From assembly GCF_009914755.1 (NCBI RefSeq), contig NC_060926.1: DNA of 64,000 bases; one strand, written 5' to 3'. The position numbers and the translations under genes were made by a program. Numbering within the stretch: the stretch's first letter is position 1; each line of letters opens with the position of its first letter. Below, piece by piece: positions 29,137 through 47,170 of this stretch. The notes under the pieces were generated by a model. The model did no database searches, was not told where the DNA came from, and saw only the letters and a program-made list of their open reading frames with translations. This DNA comes from the human T2T-CHM13v2.0 reference genome, Homo sapiens.

Positions 29137-29734
29137 ATCAATCAAGGTGGTGGTCAGGGCTGCATTTCCTATCTGGGCTCAGTGTCCTCATCCAAGATCA
29201 TTGCTTTGTGGCAGAATTTATTTCCTTACAGTTATAATAGGATTGAGGTCCTCATTTTCTTGCTAGCTGTTGGCCAGAGACCCTCCCCCCTCAGCTCCTA
29301 GGGTGGCCCCATAGGAAGTTCCTTGCCATGTGGTCCCATGGGAAGTTCGTGGTGTGGACACTTGCTTTCTTCCAGGGCAGCCAGAGCACAGCTCTATCAA
29401 TTTCTCTTCTGCTGCCATTCAGACAAAACTCTCTGCTTTTAAAAGGCCCATGTGATTAGGGCAGGCCTGCCTAGATCATCTCCTTATTTTAAGGTCAACA
29501 GATTTGGGACCTTAATTACATCCGCAAAAGCTCTCCGCAGCAACACTTAGATTCATGTTTGAATGACTGAAAGTGTGCATATCCCGAGAGCCAGGAATAT
29601 TGGGAGCTATCTTAGAATTCTGCCCACCATAATATGATTTAGCAAATGGAGAAGATGAGGAAGGGTTGTCTAGGAAGAAGAAATAGGATATGCAAAGGAT
29701 TCTGGGGAACTACTGGAAAATGATGCTAGAAAAG

Positions 29735-31120
29735 TGAGTGCCATGTCTCTAGCAACATGGCAAAGCAGATTCTGGAGAAATCTGCCAACTCAAAACCCCT
29801 AAGATACTGGGGAAACTATTAAAACATGTTTTGTAGCAAGGCTGGGCTGGCAGGAATGGGAGGAAACTCCTCTGAGGTCGAACAATGAGAAAGTGTTAAT
29901 CCCGAGAGGTGAGCAGGAGCCAGCACTTGCCCTGAAGCCACCTGCTAATACTGGCCAAGCAGCAGGCTGGAGATAGGAGACAAAATCTAGACTGGAGCAG
30001 AGGGTGAAATCAGATTGGAAATCCTTATGCACACCAGAGCCCTCAAAGGGTGGAAATTTCAGCAAGGGTGGTTGGACTTTTCTCCCCAAAGGAAACAAAG
30101 GAATGCTTGCCATAGATAGTCAATTTGCCTTAAGATACCTCATTTTAGCTCAGAGTGGAACCAAAACAAAGACAAAAGTTTCCCCTAAGAATTCCTAACC
30201 AAAAGCCCACATTCATGCATTTGGGACAGGAATTCATACCACCTTTGTGAGTAAAAACCTTCAAGCCAAACATTATTTTAAAGTGGTCCCAGGTTGGTAA
30301 TTCCCTTAGACACTTGTAAAAAGCAAATCACCTGTAGCAGCATGCTCTCTAGACCCAAGACTAAGAAAGTTCCTCCAGAATTCCAAGGAATTTGAATTTG
30401 CAGTTTAAGACATCACTTAACTGCAAAAATAATAAAATGGCAAAAATTGGCAAAATAATAAAATGAAGATTCAGATAATGAATTAGAAGACTCAAAACAT
30501 AAAATAAGGTTGTTCAGTATGTTTCTAGAAATAAAAGAAGGTATTGAAAGTATGAGTAGGAAGTAAGAGACTACCAACAATAATTCAGTAGGCCAGTTAA
30601 ACAATAAAAGAGAGAGATAAAGATACAATTAGTGAATTGAAAGATGGACACAAAGAAATTACCCAAAATGCAACACTGACAGAAAAAAGGTTACAGGAAA
30701 TGCAAATGAGACTAAGGGATGTGGAGGATAGAATAAACCAAAAGTCTAGCACATGCCTACTCAGATTTCCAGAAATAAAAAATAGAGAAAATGGTTCAGA
30801 GGCAATAACTAAAGAAATAATGATGGAATTTTTTCCAGAATCAAAAATACACAACCTTTAGATGTAAGAACTCCCCAAAATCAATAAGCAGGAAAATTAA
30901 CAGAAATATTAGAAACATCACAGTGAAACTGCTGATCACTAGAGACAAAAAGGAGATCTTAAAAGAAGCCACAGAGAAAAGACAAATTATCTACAGGGAA
31001 ATAGAAATTATGCTGAAAATTGCCAGAAGACAGGGAGTGTCTGCAAAGTTCTAGGAGAAGATAACTGTCAACCCTGAATTGTAGAAACAAGGAAATCTTT
31101 CAAGATCAAGGGCAAACTAA
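29735..31120 (+). mobile_element. Ancient L1/HAL1 5' region with decayed ORF1
   Basis: A-rich; ORF 30637-30861 (RLRDVEDR...RFPEIKNRENGSEAITKEIMMEFFPE) resembles the L1 ORF1p coiled-coil/RRM junction. Confidence 0.7.
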
Positions 31121-31124
31121 AGGG

Positions 31125-31410
31125 GTGTGAGGCAATAGTAAGTGGGGACAATAGGTAGTAGGGACTATGGCAGCTGGAGAGCTCCATCTAAAGGGGACAG
31201 CCCCTGCTCAACTTCTGCCAATTGCTGGCTTATAGGAGTCAAACACTCTGTGTCGCTAGATCTTTAGATTTTTCAAGAAAGGTCAGAAATCTGGATTTTT
31301 AAAAGTTGAATTATCTCAATTTTTAAATGTTAACAACAAATTTTAAAATGTATTTAATTGCAGGGCAGACAAATACTGTGTGGGTGAAACGAAACTTCTA
31401 TGTGGAGGGC
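31125..31410. mobile_element. MER102-like hAT relic
   Basis: ctaaaggggacagcc...agatctttagatttttcaag...cagaaatctggattttt. Confidence 0.6.
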
Positions 31411-32409
31411 CTAAAGGTCTGATAAAAGTGGTAATGTGGAAATGGTAACATGGTAGAGTATGCAAGATCAACTGGAGAGGGGACCAGGCCTCTGCTGCTT
31501 CTTCAAACACTAGCTTTTCTGGCCAGTTTTTGTTTTAGTGTTTTCTTAAACTCAGGGATGCACTTACATTCTCAATTGGGCCTGTCAGGTGCTTAGAGGC
31601 AGGAGCTTCATTTTCTCTGAACATTCCATGGAAAAGGGCATAGTGCCTGGGTTTTAGTGGGTAGGGCAAACAACCTGGTAGAACTTAGTTATTTCTTCTT
31701 CCTCCCCCAGTCTCATTCTCAGACAATTGGAGATGTTGTTTTGTCCCTTCACCCCTTCAGGAGATCTACGCCCTAGGGATTTGGGTTTCCCTTGACTGAG
31801 GTATGGTGGGATGGAGCAGTACTAGAGGGGTGGGGCTTCCTGGAGAGGCCAGGACCTGTGTCCAGTTCCCCTGAAGTGCATGATAGAGATGTCCATGAAT
31901 ACCCAGGTACTGACCACTAAACGCCACAGCTGTGCAGGAAGTTGGAAGTCTTATGGTCCAGACTGTGGCTGGGCTATGCATGGTGGTGGCATCTCTGTGG
32001 GCCCCAGGGCAGCTTATGTCAAGTGCCAGACTAATGGTAAGTAGGAACAAGAGTACCAACCACAGACCAAGGAGCAGGCCCCTGACCTATTTTTCTGACT
32101 CTGTATAAGAAACAGAGGCTAAAATAAGCCATCTGGTCAACCAGGTAGAACCAGATTTAGAACAAGAGCACTGTTACTGCCAATCCCACGGGATTGCTTC
32201 TAAGCAATCATAATGCCAATCACATTGCAAAATGTTTGTGGATTGCAGAAGCTCCACCAAGAATGGAGACTGAAGCAAATGGGAGAAGGGAGATAGTGGA
32301 AATGGGAGAACTAATCAAGCCTTCAGTCATCAGGGACACATCATCTCTGCTTATCCCAGAGAACATCATCCTTTGTGGCCATTTTTCTAGGGTCAACAAG
32401 AAAAAAATC

Positions 32410-33240
<831 letters not shown>

Positions 33241-33699
33241 TAAGAAAAAAAAAATCTAAAAAGAGCAGTGGAACAACTAGGAGTTCTGTGATCATCTCAC
33301 CATATTACTCACGATCATAACATTGTACTGAACTAAGATGGTCTGAAAGTACATTATCATGGTTCCTGGTATTTTCCTTGTACTTGGTACAGCTGCATGT
33401 AGACACTTAGAAACCCAGAATGTCAGAGCTGGAAGAAGTCTTATATATCATCCTACCCAGAATTTCCCAAATTTCATCTTTACATACATCCTCTTTGTGA
33501 TTTTTGTCATATCCTCATACCACCCATACTATTATATTTTTCTTTAAATTGTCTTTTTTCATTTAAATATCTGCTTTAGCTTTATCCTAAGCAATAACAG
33601 TTGTGTACTCATAGGTTTGATATGCAAGGTATATTCTTTTTATTACCCATTAAAATTAACATACAACTATTACAATAAATGTGTCAGCCTACCACCTGT

Positions 33700-34150
33700 G
33701 TGAGATAGTTTCCATTGACTCCTCCTTCTGATCCACTTCCCATCCTGCTCTGTCTCAGAAGCTGCCCTCCACAGGCTAACCTCAACTGGTTCTCCTGTCT
33801 TCTGGCTTTGGGGTGTATTCAGCCAAGAGGCACTGGAGGATAGTTAGAGGTTGGGATATTTATCACCCTGACCTCCACCCTACCCTGCCCCAGTTGGCAG
33901 TAGCTGCATTCTCTAACAAAGGCCATGGGTCTCATCAGGCAGCCCCTCTCTCATGGCTGTAGAAAGAGTTTCAACCTTTTGCTCCTTCAGGTCCAAGAGT
34001 GACAATGCTTCCAGCTGTTGCAAGTCCCCCGAGTTTCCCCACCTCTTCTTGGCTCCCTTAACTATGCCCACCCCTTTATAAATAGTCCCTTCATTAAGCC
34101 CTCCTCACCTACCCCCTTTCATGAGGCCATCTGTCTCCTGCTAGGGGGAT
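33700..34150. mobile_element. Old ERVL LTR (LTR33-like)
   Basis: Resembles the segment at 46725-47170 (cttctgg...ttcagccaa...ggcactggagg...cttaac...gcccac). Confidence 0.5.
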
Positions 34151-34904
34151 GCAGTATCAAACCCCACCAGTGGTAGGCACACATTTTTCACACCCATATA
34201 GGTGCCAGCTGAGACCCAGGAGGGAATTCCTTATCCAACATCCCCCAGCCTGTGAGTGCCAGAGCTAGGAACAGTATCCCTGGTTCGATGTGTTTCTCCC
34301 CATACATACTGCTTCTCAAGGGAGAAATTGGTCAGTTCTGTTAACAATGCCCAAGTGTTCATATTGTAATGTCCTCTTATGAATCTCTCACTCTTACACT
34401 TTCTTCCCCATCCTAATCCATGTTCTGCTGGGCCCCAGATGTAAATGGGATCGTGGCCAGCTCACCTCTTTCCTCCCCTTCCCCAGGACTCCCGGATGTC
34501 ATGCATCAGCCCTATGAGAGTCTTGCCTCTTCTTCAACACACCTGTGTTTCACCGCTGTCCTTTGATCAGGAGTCCTGTCTGGCAAAGGTGCAAAGCCCC
34601 CTACATCTCTTCCTCTCAAAACCTGCTGCCCAACTTTCCCTCTCTTTCCAGAAATAATAATTCCCTCCCTGTCCTCCCACAACTCTACTTAGCACTGGCT
34701 TGAATGGTGACAAGTAGTGTATGTGTTTCCCTGACTACACTGTGACTGCTTCTATGATCACACTGAATTCCTCTTTGTATCATCAGCATCCCCCACCAAG
34801 TCTGACTCAAATAGGCCCTTCATAGGGCTATGTTGAGCAAGCTGCATTCATTAGGCCATTAAGAACATTAAAGCACAAAAGACGTTCTAATGGGTGACAG
34901 ATGA

Positions 34905-35446
<542 letters not shown>

Positions 35447-36519
35447 TAACATTGTATACTAGAGACATGATCTGAGTTGGGGGTAGGACAGGGGGTGGCC
35501 TTGCTCAGTCTCTTGTTCTTCTCAGAGAGGTCTGAGGGAAAGGGGTGAAGCGTGGTCACTCAGACTCATTCTGGGTCCTGGGTTTTCCAGCTGAGGTTCT
35601 TAGATGGGCAGCCTTGGATCTGTGCATCTCTGGTCATGGTGTACAAACTGCTAAGTGCGTGTGCACTGTGCGTGGGGGGTGAGCCGGGAAAGCTCTGAAT
35701 TCCCAAAGGAGTCCAGCTTCAGAGAACACTTTAGCCTTCCTCCTAGAGATAAAAGAAGTCTTGTTGGTGTCCCCTCCTGAGGTTGGGGCCAGAGTTCCCA
35801 CAACTTATAAATTGTTCCATCCCCTGGCGTTTTCCTCTGTGCGTGGATCTCCCCTACCCCACGGACCTTGAACAAGGGTGGCTTTGGCCTCAAGTGGCAG
35901 CCCATCTGGGCTCTAGGTGTTTGAATGCAGAGTTATGGCTGTTTCTTTATCTCTTTCATAGTTCCTGTAAACATCTGTCCAGGGCCTGAGCTCAGAAGGC
36001 AGAATCCGTCGTGGAGCGTGTCCAACTCCTACCCCAAGAGCAGCCTCCATGTTTACCCACGGACTGGGCTCACACACAGGCAGGCAGCTCCGAGCTCTGA
36101 GCACCTCAGCATCCTTGGACTCTGAGCTAGCGTGGTCACATGTCGGGGGGACAGAGTTCCCCAGCCCTTACCCTGCAGTCTTGCTTCTGATAGGGAAACC
36201 TTGAGCTCGTAGTGACTGTGGGGCTGGCTCTCCAGGACAAGCCCCTCCAGTGGAGCCAGGAACCAGGATGGAAGGTTGGGTTTGGGGGTGGACTGATGGC
36301 CTGGAGTTCACTGCCACCTATTTTCTTTTCCTCTTTTTCCATCTCACCCAGAGCTGTGGGAAGAGGCCTTGACAACAGGTGAGATTTGGGGCACCTGACT
36401 GTGACTTCAACCCAGCAGGTGGGGTTGGCCCAAAGCAGTTCCCCAGCTTGTCCTCTCAGGTCCTCTGGACACCCTTCCCCACCACACATAACCCTGGACC
36501 TTCACAGCTCCCACACCAC

Positions 36520-36745
36520 CATCCACACCTAGGAAAGGACATCGGACTGGAGGTCAGGGGCCTAGGATTCAAGTCCCAGCTCTGCCGACAGCTACCAGTG
36601 TATTCTTGGGCAAGTCACTGAACCTCTCTGGGTCCTGATTCCCTTACCTGTAAGAGAGTGATAATCATAAGGCCCTCTGCATTGCTCTAAGGATCAAGAT
36701 AATGCTTGTGAAAGTCTTCACTGTACTCTAAAGTGTGATTAATAT
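36520..36745 (+). mobile_element. MIR
   Basis: ggattcaagtcccagctctgcc...cttgggcaagtcactgaacctctctg. Confidence 0.75.
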
Positions 36746-36917
36746 ATATTCTTTATCCTGGAATCTCCTATCTCCTTTGAGTCCTGTTAAATAAACCATG
36801 ATGTGAATGGTTAGTAATGAAGTGTTTGCCCCCTTTCTAGACAGTTATTTGTACTTGTAACCATAACTTTCAATGCCTTTATTCAGCGATAAGAGTACGG
36901 AATTAATTCCAAGTTCA

Positions 36918-37252
36918 GACCGGGTGTAGCAGCTCACATCTGTAATCCCAGCACTTTGTGAGGTCAAGATGGGAAGATCGCTCAAGTTCAGGAGTTTGAG
37001 ACCAGCCTGAGCAACATAGGAAGACACTGTCTCTACAAGCAAACAAACAAACAGACAAAAAAACAATAAATTACCTGGGCATGGTGGCACATGCCTGTAG
37101 TCCCAGTTGCTCAGGAGGCTGAGGCATAAGGATCACTTGAGCCCAGAAGGTTGAGGCTGCAGTGAGCTGTGATCACACCATTACACTCCGACCTGGGTGA
37201 CAGAGCGAGCCCCTGTCTCAAAAAGAAAAAAGAAAAAGCAAAAAAGAAAAAA
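36918..37252 (+). mobile_element. AluJ
   Basis: Diverged dimeric Alu. Confidence 0.88.
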
Positions 37253-38092
37253 TTTCAAGTTTACAGGCAGGCTAGGGAGGAGGAGCAACTTCCTATTCAG
37301 TGGTGCTGCTTCCTTCGCTGGGCAATTTGCTGGCATTGCCCTCTGTCATCCTAAGGCGATGGACCTTGTTGCTATGTAAGGGAAGTCCTTACCCAGAAGG
37401 CTGAGAGGAACAGAATTTCCAAGGACAAAACACTTGCCAAGAAGCCCAGCTTCACAAATTTCCTCTATTTGTCAACCCCTTGGTACACAGTTGCTGCTTT
37501 GATGAGGCTGATTTCAGCTGAAATACCACAGCAGTGGGAAAAGGATATAATTCTTTCCTTGCATTCCAGTGTGAGGCTGATGTAGGCAAAGAAACCTGCC
37601 AAAGCATTTAGAGACGCATGAAGTCCCCTGTTGTGTTTAAGGTCTTTTTCTCCACTTGGACAGGTTGGCAGCCACTTTCCTTCTCTCTTGCTCAATCCTT
37701 CCTCCTGCATTCCATCGGAGTTCTTGTTTCCCATCCAAAGAGCTCAATTCCTTTCTGAGCAATTCCTGTTTTCTAGTCTTCCATCTCTTCCTATTGTACA
37801 GACACCAGTTCATCAGAAAGAGTTTCCCAGTTAATTTTGATGTAGCCCAGCGTCACCTCTTACAGTGTCTGGCTCAGAAATTAATTCTTCCTTAAGTCTA
37901 ACTCAATCCTCCATGTTCCTCCCCTGTTTCTAAACTCTCAGCAGGCTCCCCATTATCTCCTGAACTAAATTCTGTCTCCTAAGCCCAGCCTTAGAGGCCT
38001 TCCTCCTTCTGGTCTCCAGGGCTAGATGCACTGTCTCCCCTGGCTGATGCAGCCTCATGCCGGGGTGTGTGGCCTTGGAAAGGGGAATTTGA

Positions 38093-38824
<732 letters not shown>

Positions 38825-39498
38825 TCTGCACATTTCTTATATGATTCCTTCCACCCCAAATTCTGTAAGTCCTCTTAAAATTCCCTAAGGCCCACCATGG
38901 GTGACACTTCCTTATTAATTAAGCATGTGTGGATGGTACCAGGTCAGACTGTAGGGGGTCTGGACTTGCTGCTTCCCACAGAACCCAAGCAGCAGTGTCT
39001 TTAGGTTTTTCCTCTTGTGCTGTTCAGACTCCCCAGAGAGGAGTCCTCCAGGGACCTGCCTGGAAGGTGGGGTGAGGCTGCCAGGACGCTGTGGCCCCTG
39101 TGCAGTGAGAAAGGCTGGGAGTCCCTGAGTTTAGCAGTCAGTGACATCTGTCCTCCATCTCTGTTTTCCATTCCACACCCCACACTTCACCAATCTTGGG
39201 CTCCAGTCCGGAGACCTGCCTCTATCACCCTTTCCAGAGAGTAAAGCTCCAGACGCCCACTGAGGGGAGAGAAGGGAAGGTGTCCAGTGGAATGGAGTTG
39301 AGGAGGGCATTAAGAAGCCTTAGAAAGACCTAGAAAGACCCCCATAGATTGCTCACCAAGTGTAAATATGGCTTACTAAGTAATTGACATGCGCTAACTG
39401 GAACTACTTCACACACAGCTCTCCTCCTAGTCCCTTCCATGTTAACAAGCCGTGAACCGCCTGCCACGTCCCCACGTTCCTGGGACTTCCAAGTCTGT

Positions 39499-39815
39499 CT
39501 TTTCTTTTCGTTTTTTTTCTTTTTTTGTTGGGGTGGGGGACAGAGTTTTGCTCTTGTTACCTTGGCTGGTTGCAATGATCTCGGCTCACTTCAACCTCTG
39601 TCTTCCCGGCTCAAGCAATTCTTCTGCCTCAGCCTCCCAAGTAGCTGGGATTATAGGCACCCACTACCACACCCGGCTATTTTTTTTGTATTTTTAGTAC
39701 AGGTGGGGTTTCACCATGTTGGCCAGGCTGGTCTCGAACTCCTGACCTCAGGTGATCCACCCGTCTCAGCCTCCCAAAGTGCTGGGATTACAGGTTTGAG
39801 CCACGGCACCCAGCC
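39499..39815 (-). mobile_element. AluS
   Basis: Alu with ccaagtctgt flanks. Confidence 0.9.
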
Positions 39816-41034
39816 CCAAGTCTGTGGTTTGAGGAGGCTGTGGTGTCAAACAGTGGTTCTGGCCTTCCGCAATTCAAGCTCGAGACTTGGCTTTCAGTCA
39901 AATACTCCTCATTTGTTTGCTTTCCTGTTTCCAAAATGTTATTGTTGTTATCTCCCCATAAAATCCTTTAACATAAAACATCACTGTAAGCCATGGTAGT
40001 GGACTCACGGAGGTTTACATAGAGAGTTGTCCACCTGCACGTCCCACGACAGCCAAATCCCCAGGCCTCCCCCATGCAAGGCCACACCCAGAGCCATGTG
40101 CAGATGGGAAGACAGGCCCCCGTAGGTTCAGGGCATACTTGGTCTTATATGGGCTTGTTCTCAAAGCAGTGAATCAGCAGTGTAAAGATGGGGGCGGAAG
40201 GGCAGATGCAGCTCACCCTTGTGTCTCATGTGGGCACGCCCAAAGTTCAGCAGTCTTGGCAGTTTGGATGGAGGAGAAGAGCTGCAGGCCCTCCGCCGTT
40301 TCTACCCCCAGGCATCAGCATCCTGAACCCACTGACACGCTCATACACGACATTAATCTGCCCTTCTAGAAACCATGCCTGTTCTTCTAGAAACCAGAAC
40401 CATGTGTGGGTTCTGATGCTTGAACTTGTGTCTGAGCCAGCCCAAGTTCTTGCCAATCTCTTCTTTTCTGCACCTGGGTGACAAGGTTTCACAGTTTTCC
40501 ATTTATGTACCTTTCTGGGCTTCCCATGCACAGGTCTTGTCATAACCTGCCACACATCAAGGTTCTGGAAAGTGGAAAATGTGCAGGGGTTTCACCCTCA
40601 GACTCAAAACTGCCTCTAGGTAAGCAAGGCTGGGCCCCTTGGAGGTCTCCCACCCTTCAGAAGGCTTAGGGCCTAGACAGGGTCACCACTAGCCTTTGAG
40701 CAAATTAGAAAAAAGCGCTTATTGGAATTTGCATAATCAATATACAAAGCTCTAATGACTATAAGGAGAATGTATCCTCTTTGATGTGGTGTCCTTGTGC
40801 AGTGCACCACCTGGGCAACTGTACACAGTGGCCTTGAGTCCAAAGTCACAGCAGGCCAAGTGGCCTCTTTTGGTCTTTCTTCTTAGCTCACAGTCAATAT
40901 TACCTTTATCTTTCCATCCTGTTGCTTAGGAGAGGCCTGGTGGAAAAAGAGTCATAACAGGCAGTGAGAAGCAAGAATGTTGTTTCAGTTATAATAAAAC
41001 TGAAATCTATAGCTAGACACCCAATATATGTCTA

Positions 41035-41360
41035 TTTTATTATTTTTAAACTAATAGACTTCGGTTTTGGGATCAGTGTTAGGTTTGTAGAAAAATTGAG
41101 CAGAAAATACACAGAGCTCCCACATACTCCCTCACCACCACCAAGTTGCCCGTTATTAACATAGTATAGTACATTAGTTACAACTGATGAGCCAATCTTG
41201 ATATATTGATATTGTTAATTGAAGTCCATGGTTTACATTAGCATTCACTGTTAGCATTGCACATTCCATAGGTTCTGACACATGTATGATGACATGGATC
41301 CACCACTGTAGTATCATACAGAGTAGTTTCACTGCCCTAACAATCCCCTGCCCCACCCTC
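41035..41360 (-). mobile_element. L1MC-type 3' end
   Basis: aaaattgagcagaaaatacacagag...acaactgatgagccaat...agtagtttcactgccctaa. Confidence 0.75.
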
Positions 41361-41694
41361 CTTGCCTGGAACTCCTCACTACATTATTTTTTTAATCCTA
41401 CATTCCCTGCTCCTTAATCAACACTGACGATTCAGACCCCAACTCCATTCCCTTCCTCTGTGGGATAGAGTAGGAGAGGGAGGGGTGGAGAGGGGCTGGG
41501 AGCTCCCCTTGGACGCCAACCCTCCTCAGCCTTTTGTTCTTTTCTCTGCTCACCCAATTTTCCTCTAGGAAGGAGATCAGCTGCACAAATCAAGAAATGC
41601 TAAAACTACTGCTTTCTTCCCCTTCCTCCTCCTCGGGCAGCCACATCAGATCAGAAGTGAGAGTTGTAGGCACTCACTTAAGAAAAGCATCCAA

Positions 41695-42352
<658 letters not shown>

Positions 42353-42457
42353 TTAAAACGTTTATAAATACACATTTTACTATTTTATCTGAATATTGGT
42401 AGAAAGCATCTGCTGCATTGTATTGGCAAAGGACACTGGTTGAAAATAGGGTTTGGA

Positions 42458-42924
<467 letters not shown>

Positions 42925-43195
42925 TTAAAGGGCGTTGGTGACTGTTAGTAGGATGCACTGAGTTATGCTGCAGTAACAACCCCCAAAGGTCAGTGTCTGA
43001 AAACATTGATTTCTTGGTCACATTACATGCTCCTCCTGCATTTGCAGGGGTAATGGAGGTGAACAGCTGAAGTGTTCTGCCAACTACTATTAATCAGAAG
43101 GATGTTGGCCATGAAGCTAGCCTTCGATTAGATTGTGAAGAGGTCTGGAGAGGGACGTGGGCAGGGCTGGCTTTATGGGCATTAATATATATATT

Positions 43196-43349
43196 TTTAA
43201 ATGTAGTCTCACTATGTTGCCCAGGCTGAAGTGCGGTGGCTCTGTGTGATCATAGTGCACTACAGCCTCGAACTCTTGGGCTCAAGCAATCCTCCTGCCT
43301 CAGTGTTTGGAATAGCTGAGACTATAGGCATATGCCACCATGCCCAGCC
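43196..43349 (-). mobile_element. Alu monomer (FLAM/FAM-like) within a hAT (MER53-like) relic
   Basis: Single-arm Alu sequence; flanks cagggctggctttatggg...cattttcattttgcactg. Confidence 0.6.
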
Positions 43350-43589
43350 TAATCATTTTTGAACAAGAGCTCTGCATTTTCATTTTGCACTGCACTCTGC
43401 AAATGACTATATATAGCCATCGTGGTCCCAGGGGAGGGGCCAGGAAAGCCAGAATGATAGGCGGGCACTCTGGGAGAGGGGAGCAGCAATGATTTACCAA
43501 CGATCTGAAAGTGTTTCAAATCATTTAACAATTGGTCTGATAACCAGTACGTATGAGCTGAATATCAGCTCTCTACATGGGTGGGTTGA

Positions 43590-43948
<359 letters not shown>

Positions 43949-44065
43949 TTTTTTTTGAGACAGGGTCTTGCTCTGTTGCCCAGAGTGGACTGCAGTGGGC
44001 TGAAGTGATCCTCACACCTCAGCCTCCCAAGTAACTGGGCATACACCACCATGCTCTTTTTTTTT

Positions 44066-44182
44066 CTGTAGCTATCTGCTTAGGAACAAAAGGAAAGGCA
44101 GTTTCTTGAATGAGTCAGCTTTCAGCTTAATTTTTTCCTTTAGGCATAGTGAATTGGAGTCCCAGGTTTTTATTCTTTTCAT
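44066..44182 (-). mobile_element. MER4-family LTR fragment
   Basis: tagctatctgcttaggaacaaaaggaaaggcagtttcttg...ggcatagtgaattgg. Confidence 0.65.
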
Positions 44183-44539
44183 GAGAGCAAACTTTTGTTT
44201 GCAAACAGCATTATCATTTTCATTACTCTGCGGTTGTTCTCTTTAAAAAAAGAGAAAAAAGAAAAAAATCCCTTAGCCCAGGATTAGCAAGTATCCAACA
44301 TGCATACTCCTGCTTTCCCCTTCTTATCCTCTTCTTAGCAAGGGCTGTCATGACTGGTTAACCATATTACTCCCTCCAGCTGGTCCTGGATGTAGCCACA
44401 GAAGCCTCTACACAACACTCCAATCAGTCGCTAAGAACATAGCAGGCTGGGACCAAGGAAAACCCCCGCCTTCTCAGTGCCAGCCTTTAGTCAGATCCTG
44501 AAGTGTTTCTGCCTTGTGACAGCCGTGCTACAGATATTG

Positions 44540-45905
<1,366 letters not shown>

Positions 45906-46314
45906 TTGTAGATATCAAAGGCAAGGAGAAAGCCACACTTCCCTGTGGCTGCCATGGTAGCAAGAATGCTGGAGATGAAGATGTCTCCAGGGACAAAGAA
46001 AACCTTTGGGGACCTCACTTGCCCCTTTAACCCAGACATTATCCCACCACTGCCAATCTCAGGGGAGCTAGGCTTTAGTAATAAAGTGTACTAAGTTTCC
46101 CCACGCCTCAGTAGGTATAAATGAGGTCATAGTTATGACCTTATTTCTCAAGTTCTTCCCTACATCAGCCCTACAAAGTTCCTGTGCCCCATGAGAATTT
46201 CTGGGAGTGACTCATATGTACTCATGAACAAGTGTAGCCAGCTCTTTCTGAGGCCTACTGGATGGACACTGCTGCTTCTACTGGATAATACTGCATTGGT
46301 TATATTCTGTGTGC

Positions 46315-46724
46315 CCCTTGTTTTAGTCAATTTTGTGCTGTTATAACATAATACCACAGACTGGATAATTTATAATGAACAGAAATTTATTTCTCACAAT
46401 TCAGGAAGCTGGAAAGTCCAAGATCAGGGAGTCAGCATCTGGTGAAGGCCTTCTTGCTGTGTCATCCCATGGTGGAACATGGAAGGGTAAGAGAGCACAC
46501 GCAAGAGACAGCAAGAGCCAAAGGGGGCCACACTCATTTTTCCATTAGGAGCTCACTCCCAACTCCACGATAATGAACCCACTCCCACAATCATAGCATT
46601 AATCCATTCATGTGGGTGAAGCCCTCATGACCTATTCACCTCTCAAAGGTCCCACCTCTTAACACTGTTTCACTGGGGATTAAGTTTCCAACATATGAAC
46701 TTTGGAGAACATATTTAAGCCATA
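46315..46724 (-). mobile_element. MLT1A/MST MaLR LTR
   Basis: tgctgttataacataataccacagactgg...aagtccaagatc...aagtttccaacatatgaacttt. Confidence 0.75.
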
Positions 46725-47170
46725 GTATCCCTCCAGACCCTCCTCTCCACCCTCCTCTGCCATGCTTGGTGTCCTGAAATGCTGACCTTTATGAATTGCA
46801 TCATCCAGTCTACTTTGCCCTAGCTTCTGGTCAGGTTCAGCCAAAGAAAGGCACTGGAGGCAGGGGCTAGAGGAGAATGAGATCAGAGTATTTATATCCT
46901 GCTCTCTCCCTGCAATGAATTGGTATTCCCATAACAAATTGGTATTCCCATAACAAAGGCTGCAACTCTTATCAAGTGGCCGATATTCTAAACACACCTG
47001 CCCTTGCCCCCCTCAGATCCAGGAGAGGTAAAGGCTTCCTGCTGTTGCTAGCTCTGTCATGCTTCACCACCCCTTAACCTTGCCCACATCCCTGCAAGCG
47101 GTCCTTCACTACATGCTCCTGAGACACCCAGTTTGAGATGCTGTTTACTTCCTGATGGAACCTTGACCAC
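46725..47170. mobile_element. Old ERVL LTR (LTR33-like)
   Basis: Similarity to 33700-34150. Confidence 0.5.

Larger units (their letters stand above)
27880..29632 (-). mobile_element. MLT1 MaLR LTR split by later insertions
   Basis: attaccacaaa...tttattatctcacagtt (left part) and ggctgcatttcct...atgtgattagg...ttagaattctgcccacca (right part). Confidence 0.65.
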
